Positions 12,480 through 27,246 of a DNA stretch of 64,000 nucleotides are shown here, piece after piece. Each line of letters opens with the position of its first letter. The stretch's first letter is position 1. The notes under the pieces were generated by a model. It searched no databases. It saw nothing but the letters and a program-made list of their open reading frames with translations, and was not told where the DNA came from. The position numbers and the translations under genes were made by a program. Origin of the DNA: the human T2T-CHM13v2.0 reference genome, Homo sapiens; assembly GCF_009914755.1 (NCBI RefSeq), contig NC_060933.1; one strand, given 5' to 3'.

Positions 12480-14170
12480 TTCCTGTAATATTTAATAATT
12501 ATAGAAAAGAAAAAATAATTTTTACAATTGAAAAAACTGAAACATATCGAAGTTATCTAGTGAGTAAGAGGATAGATTGAAAGTGTATGCCACCTGGTAA
12601 GATATGAGAAGGACATAGAATCACTACTGTAATATTTTTGCTGAAGGTACTTGGCATGAATATAATCATGAAGAAACATCAGCTAAATGTAAATTAAGGA
12701 ACAATCTGCAAAATAACCGGCCAGTAATTTTCAAACTCCAAGAAGTTTTAGACTAGAGTCAAAAACAAAAATGGCATCTAAATGCAATGACTATGAAAAC
12801 AAAGACTGATAAGTGGGGCTTAATTAAACTAAATAACTTCTGTACAGCAAAAGAAAATACCAACAGAGGTAGACAGATAACCTACAGAATGAGAGAAAAT
12901 ATTTGCAAGCTATGCATCTGACAAAAGTCTAATACACAGAATCTATAAGGAACTTAAAAATTCAACAGCATAAACCAAATAACCTCGCTGAAAAGTGGGC
13001 AAAGAGCATGAACAGACAGTTCTCAAAAGAAGACATCCAAGTGGCAAACAAACATGAAAAAATGCTCAACATTGCTAATCATGAGAAGAGTGCAAATGAA
13101 AACCATGAAATACCATCTCATAACAGTCAGCATAGTAATTATTAAAAAGTCAAAAAATAGTAGATGCTGGTGAGGGTGGAGAAACGGGAACATTTATATG
13201 CTTTTGATGAGAAAGTAAATTAGTTTGGCCACCGTGGAAAACAGTTTACAGATTTCTCAAGGAACTGAAAACAGAACTACTGTTCAACTCAGCAATTCCA
13301 TTACTGGTTATATATTCAAAACAAAATAAATCATTCTACCAAAAAGTACATGCACTTTTATGTTCATTGTAGCACTTTTCACAATAGCAAAGACATAGAA
13401 CCAACCTAGTTGCCCACCAACAGTGGATTGGATAAAGAAAGTATGGTACATATACACCATGGAATATGACATGCCATAAAAAGAATGAAATTATGTCCTT
13501 TGCAGCAACATGGATGGAGCTGGAGGGCATTGTCCTAAGTGAATTAACACAAAAGTGGAAAACTAAATACCACATATTCTCACTTATAAGTGGGAACTAA
13601 ACATTGGATACACATGGACATACAGAGGAAACACTAGACACTGGGGACTATTAGAAGGGGAAAATAAGAAGGGGAGCAAGGAATGAAAAAGTACCTATTT
13701 GGTACTGCACCCATTTCTTGGTGATAGGATCATTTGTACCCCAAACCTCAGCATCACACTATATACCCATGTAACAAACCTGCACATGTAGCCCTTAATC
13801 TATAAAAGTTGAAATTATTTTAAAAAATTAAATTGATAAAAAATGCTATGAATGATTCTGGATTGGATCATTTTGCAATAAAGGATATTATTGAAAGATT
13901 TCATGAAATTTAAATTGGGTCTGGGGATTACATGCTAGTAATGTATCAGTGTTAATTTTGATTGTTACATCAGTTGGTCTTTTTCCTTTGTTCCCTTTTA
14001 TTTCTCTTTTTTAGGGAAATGCCCCTGTTTCTAGGAAAAACATCCTATTGTATTTGGAGATGATGAGGCAACAAGTCAGCTATTTACTCCTAGATAGCTT
14101 GAGAAAAAATATTCTTTATAGTGTACTTTTAAATTTCTGTAGGTTTGTGACAGCTTTATATTTTTTAAAG
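12480..14170 (+). mobile_element. L1MC4/5-like 3' region, interrupted by a younger L1
   Basis: AATCATGAAGAAACATCAG...CAAAATAACCGGCC before the insertion and CTGGATTGGATC...AAAGGATATTATTG...AATGTATCAGTGTTAAT after it. Boundaries approximate. Confidence 0.6.
12791..13840 (+). mobile_element. 5'-truncated L1 (L1PA15/16-like)
   Basis: ORF2 C-terminus plus 3'UTR CCAAACCTCAGCATCAC...ACCCATGTAACAAACCTGCACATG. TSD AAATGC(A/T)ATGA at 12780-12790 and 13841-13851. Confidence 0.9.
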
Positions 14171-16839
14171 GAATATTTAAATAAAGAAAAATAGGAATGC
14201 TATTAGAATTATGATAGAATAGAAAAACAAACATAATAGAGTTAAATATAACATTTTAAATGTATTTTAATCAACTGTAAATATTAAACAATATGATTAC
14301 CCTTTATAGCTATCTAAATGAATTGTTGAGGCAATTTAATGATTTATAATTATGTATATAAATAGTTCAAATAACAATCTGTTTATATATGTTTAAATTC
14401 ATTACATAGTCAATGAGTTTCTCTCATATATCCTGAATAATCCTTAGTAATTTCTTCTCAATGAATAAGTTATGTCTACTGTAGTTAAACAAATACCTTA
14501 ACCGTCATAAATTAATGCAGAACATGCACTTAATATTCACGCAAATTTCATTTCAGAGAAAAATGCACTGATAGATTAAAAGTGTTCCAGGCAAGAAAAG
14601 TAATTTCAAAATCTCTTATTATTGCTATGTTAAATACAACTACTTCCTTCAGTCTGTAGCATTATGCCTATTCTTTAGGGAACTTCTATAAATAAATTTT
14701 AAAGAAACAACATGTCAGGCAAATGTTAAGGATATAGAACTTTTCGGTGATTTTTACACTAAGTTAGAGGGAATAGATTTGGATTAAAGTTGTGAGTACC
14801 TGGACAAATTGTCTCTGATATATATTTTTTTTAATTCTTAACCTCATTCCAAGATCGTAAATAAATGTAATATGTATCTTTCCTCCACATGGTGTATTCT
14901 TATTGTCTTCTGATGTGAATTTTTTAACTTCTTTGAGGACAGAAGGAGTTTTCCTTGAAGATTTAGGGCACAGATACTGTCACTTAACTTGAAAATAATT
15001 CAATATTTGGACAAGAAAATGAAGACTAAGGGAAAAAGTTTCCAACCCAAAGTTGGAGGAAACTCTTGTCTGTGAGCCTCATGGAGTGAAGTTCAAATTT
15101 TTTGACAGAGACAGTCTTGTTGTTACTTTCAATTTCAGGAGAAATGTTCTACACCATACAACATCTCTCTGACTAGGCAAGGCCACACCTGTCCAGGCTC
15201 TGTGAAGGTGCAGTAGGGCCTAATAGCTGCAAGAGTAGCCACAGGTAGTAGGACTTGTACTTCCTCTGCATCATCTCTGAAATTTTAACAATATCCTATT
15301 TCCAGTTACAATTTCATCTCATCAATTGCTCTAGTGAAATGAGAATAGAGTCTATATAGTTTAAATGAAACTTCTACATGGAAAGCAGTAGCATCCTAGG
15401 AAACGGCACGTATCCAAAAGCTGAAGGAGGTTACCAACACCAAGAATTGATTAGGGATAACGCTGATTACTGGGAAACTGGAAACAAACAGTTAGCCACT
15501 ATGACACATAACAGGTAGAATAGACTTGCGGATCAAATAAAATTCTCTAGACATTCTCATATATATTTATGTTAGGATCCTGATGAAATACTGGACTTTT
15601 TGTTAGAAGAAGATGGATCCTTGGTGCCTTATATTTGTGGTATTCATGAGAATAAGATTTCACAAGCTTGTGATGACTGGTAATCTCCAGGTAAAATTTT
15701 AAAAGGAGGAGATAGTTATAAATGCGTATTGAAATCAGTGCATTCAATACACTGGAGGTGAAGTTCTGAAAATAAAATGTGTCATCCCCCAAAAAAGAAA
15801 ATACCAAAGCATGTCATACAATGGTCAGGGTGAGGGGAATATTAAATTTTACATTGGAATTTGTCTTCATTCAGGACTCCATTGCAGTGACTAAATATTC
15901 TAGTGAGTAAAGTAACACTTCTCCTCTTGCACTGCTATCTTATATAAGATGAGATACTTGAAGAAGTGTTGCTCCAAGGGCCCTGGAATTATCCATTGTT
16001 GTAGTACGATATTCCCAAATGTAGAATCAATGAATAAAATTAAATGACCTTCATCATTAAAAATAGTCACTCACTTTAAATTATAAAACTTAAGGAAAAT
16101 TATACATATTTAGTGCAGTCCTGCAGACATTCTATATATACTAGCTGAGATAAGTCTTTTCAAGACCACTCTCTTGAAAAAATAATTTTTACACAGAATT
16201 TCACACTTAAATTTTTTTAAAGAAAGTGTTTATTGTAAACATGCTCTTTTCTATGGGTCATAGCAATTTTTTTTCTAGAATTACTTTTAGCATTCCCTAG
16301 TGGTTCTGGCATAGTGTAGAGTCAATTCCAAGTTTTTTCACCTGTTAAGTGGCTACAATAATTAATGCAGATCCAACTCACAGCATAAATTAGCTGTTGG
16401 TGAGTCAAGATTATTAGTAGTTATATTGATCCTCAGCCTTCCTTTTAGAAAATGACAGTGCTGCTAGCAGTGAATAAAGATGGAAGTGAAAAATCAGCAG
16501 TCATAGTACAGGCTTACTGATTATATCATATTTTGACAAGGTCAATAAATATAGAAGGAGCATATTGATTTTGCTCCCTAATTTCCTCTTGTGCCTTCCA
16601 ATGAGGAAGGTCATATCCAATGTACTATGTCACACCCTAACCTGTGACACTGTAACATCCTGAAATACAGACTTGACATGCTACACTACAGTTAGTTACA
16701 GAGAGGTCTGGTCAGGGTACTATTGCCACAGTACTTGTGTAGAATAATGTGAACACTATTATGGTCAGCCTTTTAGATTCTGTTGTTGAAACTGTTAAAA
16801 AAATACATCTCTATCATGTTCATATTTGCTATACATTCA

Positions 16840-17923
16840 TATTGGGGGAACCAACCCCCAATATTTCAATGTAGGTTCTTTTCTATTTTCCCTAAGTGTT
16901 GGCCAGTCTGAGAAATAAAGAGAAAGAGTACAAAAGAGAGAAATTTTAAAGCTGGGTGTCTGGGGGAGACATCACATGTCGGCAGGTTCTGTGATGCCCC
17001 CTGAGCCGCAAAACCAGCAACTTTTTATCAGCGATTTTCACAGGGGAGGGAGTGTACAAATAGGGTGTGGTTCACAGAGGTCACGTGCTTCAAAGGCAAT
17101 AAAATATCACAAGGCAAATGGGCAGGGCAAGGTCACAGGCCAGGGCGAAACTAGAATTGCTGATGAAATTTCATTTCCCACTGTGCAGGCACTGTCATTG
17201 ATAAACATCTTATCAGGGTTCAAGAAAAGAGAACCGGTCTGACTAGAATTCGCCAGGCTGGAATTTCCTAATTCTTGCAAGCCTGGGGGCACTGCAGGAG
17301 GCCAGGGCATGTTTCATCCCTTATCTGCAACTGCATAAGGAAGACACCCCTAGAGAGGCCATTTTAGAGACCTCCTCCTGGGAATGCATTCTTTTCCCAG
17401 GGCTGTTAATTATTCATATTCCTTACTGGGGAAAGAATTCAGCAATATTTCTCTTACCTGTTTTCGGCAACAAGAGAAATATGGCCCCGTCCTGCCCGGC
17501 TCCCAGGCAGTCAGACCCAATGGTTATCTCCCTTGTTCCCTGAACATCGCTGTTATCCTGTTCTTTTTTCAAGGTGCCCAGATTTCATTTTGTTCAAACA
17601 CACATGCTTTACTAACAATTTATGCAGTTAACGCAATCCTCACAGGGTCCTAAGGCAACATACATCCTCAGTTTACGAAGATGATGGGATTAAGAGATTA
17701 AAGACAGGCATAGGAAATTATAAGAGTATTGACTGGGGAAGTGATAAATATTCATGAAATCTTCACAATTTATGTTCAGAGATTGCAGTAAAGACAGGAG
17801 TAAGAAATTATAAAAGTATTAATTTGGAGAACTAACAAATGTCCATGAAATCTTCACAATTTTTGTTCTTCTGTCATGGTTTCAGCAGGTCCCTCCATTC
17901 AGGGTCCCTGACTTCCTGCAACA
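16840..17923 (-). mobile_element. MER11 solo LTR
   Basis: Reverse-complement homologue of 709-1758, ending GGGTCCCTGACTTCCTGCAACA. Perfect 6-bp TSD CATTCA (16834-16839, 17924-17929). Confidence 0.93.
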
Positions 17924-17995
17924 CATTCAGAAGCCAAAAAAGGTTTGAAATAACCACTCACATAGTTGCATAAAATGGCAAATGTATGTTGTCTG

Positions 17996-18408
17996 TTTCA
18001 CTCGTGTCCATCTGAACAGACTGCCAAACAGGCTTTGTGTGAGCAACAAGGCTGTTTATTTCACCTGGGTGCAGGTGGGCTGAGTCTGAAAAGAGAGTCA
18101 GCGAGGGGAGATAGGGGTGGGGCCATTTTATAGGATTTGGGTAGTAAAGGAGAATTACAGTGAAAGGGGGGTTGTTCTCTGGTGGGCAGGGGTGAAGGTC
18201 ACAAGGTGCTCAGTGGGGGAGCTTTGGAGCCATGATGAGCCAGGAGAAGGAATTTCACAAGGTAATGTCATCAGTTAAGGCAGGAACAGGCCATTTTCAC
18301 TTCTTTTGTGGTGGAAAGTCATCAGTTAAGGCAGGAACAGACCATCTGAATGTGTACCTGCAGGTCACAGGGGATATGATGGCTTAGCTTGGGCTCAGAG
18401 GCCTGACA
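17996..18408 (-). mobile_element. LTR7 solo LTR (HERV-H)
   Basis: Reverse complement starts TGTCAGGCCTCTGAGCCCAAGCTAAGCCATCATATCCCCTGTGACCTGCA and ends GAGTGAAA. TATA-like CCTATAAAA and AATAAA are intact. Perfect 5-bp TSD GTCTG (17991-17995, 18409-18413). Confidence 0.95.
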
Positions 18409-19189
18409 GTCTGCTGATTCAAAGCTACCACAACAAATACTTTTTGAACACAAAAAAACAAAGTCAAATCCTATCTTGGAGTGGTGGATTGTTATACATT
18501 AGGTAGCAAACCTGCTCTCAAGGACATAAATGTTCTGCTATGCCTGTATAAATACATACCATTATGAGAGCAGAAGATACAGGTTTTCTTTGAGAGGCTA
18601 ATTCAAGATATTAATGGCCTTTGGAATTTATGAGAGATTACAAACAAAAGAGGGCTCTTGTTTGTAAAGGAATATTTTCCCTAACCATTGGAAGCAACTG
18701 GAAGTTCAATAAAGAAGTCATCCCCAGGAAATTTCTCAAGAATTAACATGGGCAATAAACTTTAAATACAGTAATGCCTGGTTTAGAGTTTATGGTAATT
18801 TCCAAAACTTAAGAAAATGTATTTAATAAACATATAATTGACACCTTGGGCAAAAGAGATAGGTGTCATTTTCCATATTGAAAGAATAAAGCATGCTGGG
18901 GAAAAATGCAGTAAGAGGGAAAGTAAGTTATTAAGTAGTCAATAATAAATGGCAGAAAGGCACTGAATAGCAACATAAAAAGCAGTGACTCAGAGAAAAA
19001 TGGTCTTTAAAAATCATTATTCAGAATTATTGGGGTGATCCTGGACTATTTGCTATCATACCAAATTTGTACGCAGAATGTTGTTTAGATGTTGACAGAA
19101 AGGGGGCCCCCATATGTCTTACTAAATTGTTGATTTTCAGTGCAGGCTTAGTCTTGATAACACTCCATTCATCTACGGAATCATGCACA

Positions 19190-19740
19190 TATCATTCAAT
19201 CCATGGAAAATGTCTATATAGACTCTCCTTTAAAATTCATGCCATATGTGAATGCTTATCACCACCTTCACCAAAAGCCCTCCCAATCTATCATCTACAC
19301 CTGGACTATTGCAATATAGTAAATTCTCTTTACTTTCTTCTTATAACCCACTTTATTTCCCTTATGGCCTTCTATACACAACTAAAGTTTTAAAATAATA
19401 AATCAGATCATATTACTTACCCATCCCAAATAGTTTTATTCCTTTTTACCCTTAAAAAGTAATTCAAATAACCTAATTTGCAAGCCTCTAATTTCTGCCT
19501 AATGACTTATCACTCTGTCTGATATTGTCTCCACTCCAGTAATACAAAATTTCTTGTTATTTCTCAAAGGCACTTAGTAAGGTTTTTATGTTTGTGTTAC
19601 TCTCTGCATTGTCTCTTCTCAGATTTTCCTGTGGATTTTACCTTTGTGTGGCCCAAAACTCTACTCAAATAGTATCTCACTGGAATAGATTTTCCATCAT
19701 TCTCCTTACTTTTTAATTTTCTTACAGAGCACATATTATT
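19190..19740 (+). mobile_element. L2 fragment (its 3' terminus probably lies at ~20390-20424)
   Basis: ATCATCTACACCTGGACTATTGCAATA and AAATCAGATCATATTACT are L2 motifs. TAGGCATTCAGCAAATATCTGTTGAATGAAT is an L2 tail. Confidence 0.65.
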
Positions 19741-20129
19741 GATTTTCTTTTTTACTTTTGTGGTAACTTTTTCATTTGTCTTTAAATTTTAAATTAAAAA
19801 AAAACTGAAAGAGAACTTCAAGGAATTCCTCAATGTCCTTACTCAGATTCACCATTTATATTTTGTCCATTTGCTTTTGCTTTGTTATTTTCTTTCTGTA
19901 CCTATAACAAAAAAGGAATTACATGTTTATTACTTTCAAATCATTATCTGTATTTAAATTTTGGAAATTGTTATAATAATGTCTATTATTTTTTAAAATT
20001 CCTTCACAATTTAATTCTGAATCATCCACTTAATTATCTTGTCTCTTAATTCATTTTAAAGGCTGCCAAGTTTATCTGAAAAGGTCCTTTGTTGTTGTTG
20101 TTGACTGCTAATCTCAATGCTTAAAACAG

Positions 20130-20365
20130 GAGAGGCATCATAGAGCTGGAATTAAAAGCTCAGGCAATGGAGCCCTGGCTTGATTTTACCACCTCTCCAC
20201 TGTGTACCTTATGGAAAGTGACATAAATTTATTCTGCCTCAATTTTCTCATTTCCAAAGGGAAAACAATAGTACTCACTTCTTAGGGCTGTTCTATGATA
20301 GAATGAGTTATTGTGTGTTAAATGTTATAAATATAGTCCCTGGCATATAGTAAGACTTACATATC
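20130..20365 (+). mobile_element. MIR SINE
   Basis: CTGTGTACCTTATGGAAAGTGAC...TGCCTCAATTTTCTCAT...TAGGGCTGTT...CCTGGCATATAGTAAG. Confidence 0.8.
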
Positions 20366-20434
20366 ATTGAATAAATGCAAAAGCAGATACTAGGCATTCA
20401 GCAAATATCTGTTGAATGAATAAGTTTGGTAATG

Positions 20435-20840
20435 TACTATATCAGTAGATTGCACAAAAATCTCAGTTGCTTACAATAAAATTTTAAAATGATGAGCCTG
20501 ATCATTGTTGTAGAGGAAGGGGAAATTCTATACAGGCATTCAATGATCCAGGATAATAGAGGCTTTGGCATTGTCAATGCACACCTTTCTATTTACTCTA
20601 GATATCAACGTACCACCTGTATGTAAGGAAAGAGGGAAGAGAAATGAAGAATCTCATAGAAGGTTTTTATACACTAAGACTGTAATAAGAATAAATATAT
20701 TTTATGCATTCTTCATTGGTCGGAGCTCAGTCATATGCAACACCTAGCCATAAAAGAAGATGGTGAATGTGGTCTAGTTATGAGTCCAGAAGCAACAGAA
20801 AATTATTGTGATGAACAACTATGCAGACCCCAACACCACA
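20435..20840 (-). mobile_element. Old MaLR LTR (MLT1K/L-like)
   Basis: AAAATCTCAGTTGCTTACAATAAA...CATTGGTCGGAGCTCAGTCATATG...GAATGTGGTCTAG...CACCACA. Confidence 0.5.
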
Positions 20841-23050
20841 AATAATTTGATTAAAGAATTAACAAAGATTACAACTTGTATTTATTACATCATGTAAATA
20901 CAGGATGGTAGAAACTTTGAATGTATATTGAAAATTACAGCAATTAAAGTAGCAGATTCCTGTAAGTAACTACAAATTATTTACTCCATAATGACAAAAA
21001 GCAGTGACTCAGTGCTAAGTAATCAAGGAGAACACAAAAGCTGAGGCAGTAAGGAGCAAATGGTAATATCTTTGCGAAATGGTGAGTGATACAATATAAT
21101 TTGAGTCATAGGATAAATGAAAGCATTTATAAGGGAAGAAAGGTAGATAGATATATAGATAGATCTATATATACCACATTGTGTCCAAAGTTTTTTATAG
21201 TCTAAAAGTATAAAACAGTTTGTACAAAATCTCTTTTTGATTTTAGTTAGGCTTCTAGCCCCTCTTTCCACCTATCCATCAAAAATGTTCTTGTCAAGAT
21301 TACTGTGTTAAAGTAAATGGACAATTATTAGACCTACTTATCTAAAAATATATCCAAATAATGATTACAGTGGTCACTATAATGATAAGCAATGATGAGT
21401 TCATTATATTATATGTAGTGTGATCATCATTAACTCTAAATTTGTATGCCCTGCAAGTATCAGGAGAAAAAACACACACACAGACACAAAAAACCTTTAT
21501 TCTCTTTGTCTTGGTGATGCAAACAGGTAAAACAGCTGCCCCAGTGTATGAATAACAGCCTTGGTTTTTCTATCATGTATACGGTACAACATTTCCCTTT
21601 ATGTAAAACCAGATGCAATTGATGTTATGTGGTTCTAGTAATTGAGTATCATTGAGGTAAGAAATGTACATATATTTGAGATTGGGAAAATGAAAGAAAA
21701 AAATGTCCATTAAATTTTTTAGAAATTTCAATTACTCTGAAAAATTTCAAAATATAAAATTAAAACAATCCACCCTATTGGCTTAGTCTGATCATGTTCT
21801 GTTAAAAATGATGACGGCTGTGCAATTAATATGTGTTATCATTAAAAATGAAAGTGAAAATCGTGGGGATATCAATTTGTTATGGCAGACCATGGAAAAT
21901 ATACAGGCACAAAAAAATTCCCACAATTTACAAATTCCTAACATTCTTTTTGGTAAAGAAAGGCCTTCCCATTTTATAAAATACTGATGTAATTATTAAA
22001 GCAAAAGTTGCTTGATGATTTTTTCTGAATCGCAGCTTGTATTCTTTAATAATTAAAAATGATCCATCAGTGTCTATTCTCTCCAACTAACCTTGTCTCT
22101 CTTGCTCACATTGATAAGCCTCATATCTAGCCCATTAACTGATGTGAGCTCAGATTTGTGCCCTGAATCGCCCCATTAACAAGGTTTTGGAGTTTGAAGT
22201 TTTAATCCCATGAGGCTAACGCCATTTGGGACACATAGGTAGAAGACTTCTTAACAGAAAAAAAATGCCAGACAAACTGTTTGTGAAAAGATAACGATTG
22301 AAAAAAACAGCAAGGAGAATTCCTTATGTGTTGAATGTCCCCTACAGCCTAATTAATGGGGTCATGCACCCATTTACTATGCTAATTATATTTTCTTTTT
22401 TATTTTCTGCTCTCTTATATACAGTAATTGGTAACAATGGGCCTCTTTTGTGCCCTTTATTTCTCGTGTTTAAAAATAAATGGACTATCCTGTTCTTGTA
22501 ATTGAAATTAAAAGAAATGGACTATAAGTAATGTCATAATAAAAGTATTATATAATCAATTTCTCCTCATCTATGGATGGATCAGATCCATTTGAATTTT
22601 CTTTAGCAAAGTACACTAACTTCCCTTTACACACAAATATTTTTAGTATGTGTTTTTGAATGCACTCATATAATTTTATCAGAAATGTTATGTAAGTAAA
22701 CATCAAAGTAAGCCATAAAAATGTTGTGTAATTTATTCCACTTAAATTTAAACATCCCATTTATTTTTCCCCCAAAGACTCATTTTTCTAAAGCCTCTCT
22801 TTATTAACTAGTGTTTAATAGTTGATAACATTGTATATATAAACTTTCGTCATGTCTGTATTTTTATGTCACTGAAACACAAGATGGTTCCAACTAACGT
22901 GAAAAATCATATACTGGAATTCAGCACGGCAACAGACACGTAGCAAGTGATTAGTAATCATTTTTTCTATTTCTCACAAGTGCAGAATACAATTATTTCT
23001 AAGAAATTAATGTTTTCATTTGTAATTTTATTCTGCATTTATATGATCTG

Positions 23051-24849
23051 ATTTTTTTATTATACTTTAAATTCTACGGTACATGTGCACAACATGCAGG
23101 TTTGTTACATATGTATACATGTGCCATGTTGGTGTGCTGCATCCATTAACTCGTCATTTAGCATTAGGTATATCTCCCAATGCTATCTCTCCCCCCTCCC
23201 CCCACCCCATGACAGGCCCCGGTTTGTGATGTTCCCCTTCCTGTGTCCAAATGTTCTCATTGTTCAATTCCCACCTATGAGTGAGAACATGCGGTGTTTG
23301 GTTTTTTGTCCCTGTGATAGTTTGCTGAGAATGATGGTTTCCAGCTTCATCCATGTCCCTACAAAGGACATGAACTCATCCTTTTTTATGGCTGCATAGT
23401 ATTTCATGGTGTATATGTGCCACATTTTCTTAATCCAGTCTATCATTGTTGGACATTTGGGTTGGTTCCAAGTCTTTGCTATTGTGAATAGTGCCACAAT
23501 AAACATACGTGTTCATGTGTCCCTACAGCAGCATGATTTATAGTCCTTTGGGTATATACCCAATAATGGAATGGTTGGGTCAAATGGTATTTCTAGTTCT
23601 AGATCCTTGAGGAATCGCCACACTGTCATCCACAATGGTTGAATTAGTACAGTCCCACCAACAGTGTAAAAGTGATCCTATTTCTCCACATCCTCTCCAG
23701 CACCTGTTGTTTCCTGACTTTTTAATGATCGCCATCGTAACTGGTGTGAGATGGTATCTCATTGTGGTTTTGATTTGCATTTCTCTGATGGCCAGTGATG
23801 GTGAGCATTTTTTCATGTGTTTTTTGCCTGCATAAATGTCTTCTTTTGAGAAGTGTCTGTTCATATCTTTTGCCCACTTTTTGATGCGGTTGTTTTTTTT
23901 TTTTTCCTGTAAATTTGTTTGGGTTCATTGTAGATTCTGGATATTAGCCCTTTGTCAGATGAGGAGATTGCAAAAGTTTTCTCCCATGCTGCAGGTTGCC
24001 TGTTCACTCTGATGGTGGTTTCTTCTGCTGTGCAGAAGCTCTTTAGTTTAATTAGATCCCATTTGTCAATTTTGGCTTTTGTTGCCATTGCTTTTGGTGT
24101 TTTAGACATGAAGTCCTTGCCCATGCCTATGTCCTGAATGGTATTGCCTAGGTTTTCTTCTACGGTTTTTATGGTTTTAGGTCTAACATTTAAGTCTTTA
24201 GTCCATCTTGAATTAATTTTTGTATAACGTGTAAGGAAGGGATCCAGTTTCAGCTTTCTACATATGGCTAGCCAGTTTTCCCAACACCATTTATTAAATA
24301 GGGAATCCTTTCCCCATTTCTTGTTTTTGTCAGGTTTGTCAAGGATCAGATGGTTGTAGATGTATGGTATTATTTCTGAGGGCTCTGTTCTGTTCCATTG
24401 GTCTATATCTCTGTTTTGGTACCAGTACCATGCTGTTTTGGTTAATGTAGCCTTGTAGTCTAGTTTGAAGTCAGGTAGCATGACGTCTCCAGTTTTGTTC
24501 TTTTGGCTTAGGATTGTCTTGGCAACGTGGGCTCTTTTTTTGTTCCATATGAACTTTAGTTTTTTCCAATTCTGTGAAGAAAGTCATTGGTAGCTTGATG
24601 GGGACGGCATTAAATCTATAAATTACCTTGGGCAGTATGGCTATTTTCACGATACTGATTCTTCCTATCCATGGGCATGGAATGTTCTTCCATTTGTTTG
24701 TGTCTTCTTTTATTTTGTTGAGCAGTGGTTTGTAGTTGTCCTTGAAGAGGTCCTTCACATCCCTTTTAAGTTGGATTCCTAGGTATTTTATTCTCTTTGA
24801 AGCAATTGTGAATGGGAGTTCACTCATGATTTGGCTCTCTGTTTGTCTG
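23051..24849 (-). mobile_element. 5'-truncated L1PA (L1PA4/5-like), youngest L1 in the window
   Basis: ORFs 24471-24827, 23861-24481, 23580-23864 and 23264-23506 are near-consensus L1 ORF2 C-terminal peptides in broken frames. Classic 3'UTR. TSD core TGATCTG at 23044-23050 and 24848-24854. Confidence 0.96.
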
Positions 24850-25069
24850 ATCTGGTATTTTAAATTAAAGATTATTTAATCAAATTATATTTCTGATTCT
24901 TAAAAACACTAAGTCTCCATTAATGCAATGTTCACTCACTGCTGAGGTTGTCATGCCAGGTTGGGCTGTTTTGCCATTGTATTATTACTTGCAAGTTTCT
25001 TCAAAAGGAGTTTTCATTATACTTATTTCTTGTATATCAACTCTGTATTGCACCTTCCCAGTTTAGTGA

Positions 25070-25430
25070 ACAGTCTCCGCTTCAGACTTCCTGTATTCTA
25101 ACACAGGCTGGATGTATAGAGTAATTTTATCCCCCTAGGTTTCTTTTCCATTGTCAATAAATAATAACAGTACCTTTCATAGGTTTGTTACAAGGATCAA
25201 ATAGAATAATTTTTAATTAATAATTGCTTCCACAATACTTATTATGTGTTAGAGATTTATTACAAATATTATCTAATTTAATTCAAAAATAACTCTGTTA
25301 TTATTCTCATTATGCCATGTCAAGAGATTGAGGCACAAAGAGATTAAGTAATTTGTTTAAGGTCTGACAGTTATGTTTCAATCCAGAGACTCTGTTTCCA
25401 GTCTCTTTGTATTTAATGGCTGTGTCATTT
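25070..25430. mobile_element. Two MIR remnants (+ at ~25070-25210, - at ~25230-25430)
   Basis: ATAATAACAGTACCTTTCATAGGTTTGTTACAAGGATCAAAT on +; GATTGAGGCACAAAGAGATTAAGTAATTTG on -. Confidence 0.65.
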
Positions 25431-25999
25431 GCTATCTGACCAAGATGGTCTTAATGTTCCCTTAAGTTTGAATAAACTGTAGAAAGATTTCCTTCTGACT
25501 ATAGTCTGCTTACCTCTCTTCTTTTCAGGTATTTCTGCCCCCTCCCCCTCCCCACGGCCCCACCCACTGTCAATCTTTGTGGGAGGGTAGAAGCCTAACT
25601 TGGTAAGTGGTAATTAGCAAATACAAGTTGCCTAATCACATGGACCAACCTGCCCCCTAAAGTCCTCCAGTACTTTTCCACTAGTTTACTCCTTAAAAGT
25701 TTTCCTCCTTTCTACTCAGTGGAGTAGAATTCAATCCCACTGCCCTACATGAAGCTATTGCAATAGTCCTTTTTTTAATGTTGTAAGGCTATTTAATTTA
25801 CATACAAGAATGTTTATGACATTATTTAGAATTACAGAAACTTGAGAACAACTATAAAGGGAGTATGGTTAAATGTATCTGCACAGAGGAATCTTTTAGT
25901 CAATAAAATATGTCTAAATAATATTTCAGCTATTATAATATCCTCAACTCTATGTTGAGCACGTCCCAATTACATAAATGTGTATGTACAAATAAACCC

Positions 26000-27246
<1,247 letters not shown>

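Noticed and set aside
14900-16800. Possible exons in repeat-poor sequence
   Set aside because: No ORF with recognisable homology bounded by convincing splice sites. Small exons cannot be excluded without RNA data.
709-17923. One provirus bounded by the two MER11 LTRs
   Set aside because: Opposite orientations, different TSDs and no HERV-K11 internal sequence between them.
23861-24481. Longest ORF (206 aa) as a gene
   Set aside because: It is a fragment of L1 ORF2 in a 5'-truncated, frameshifted element with no promoter, endonuclease or RT core.
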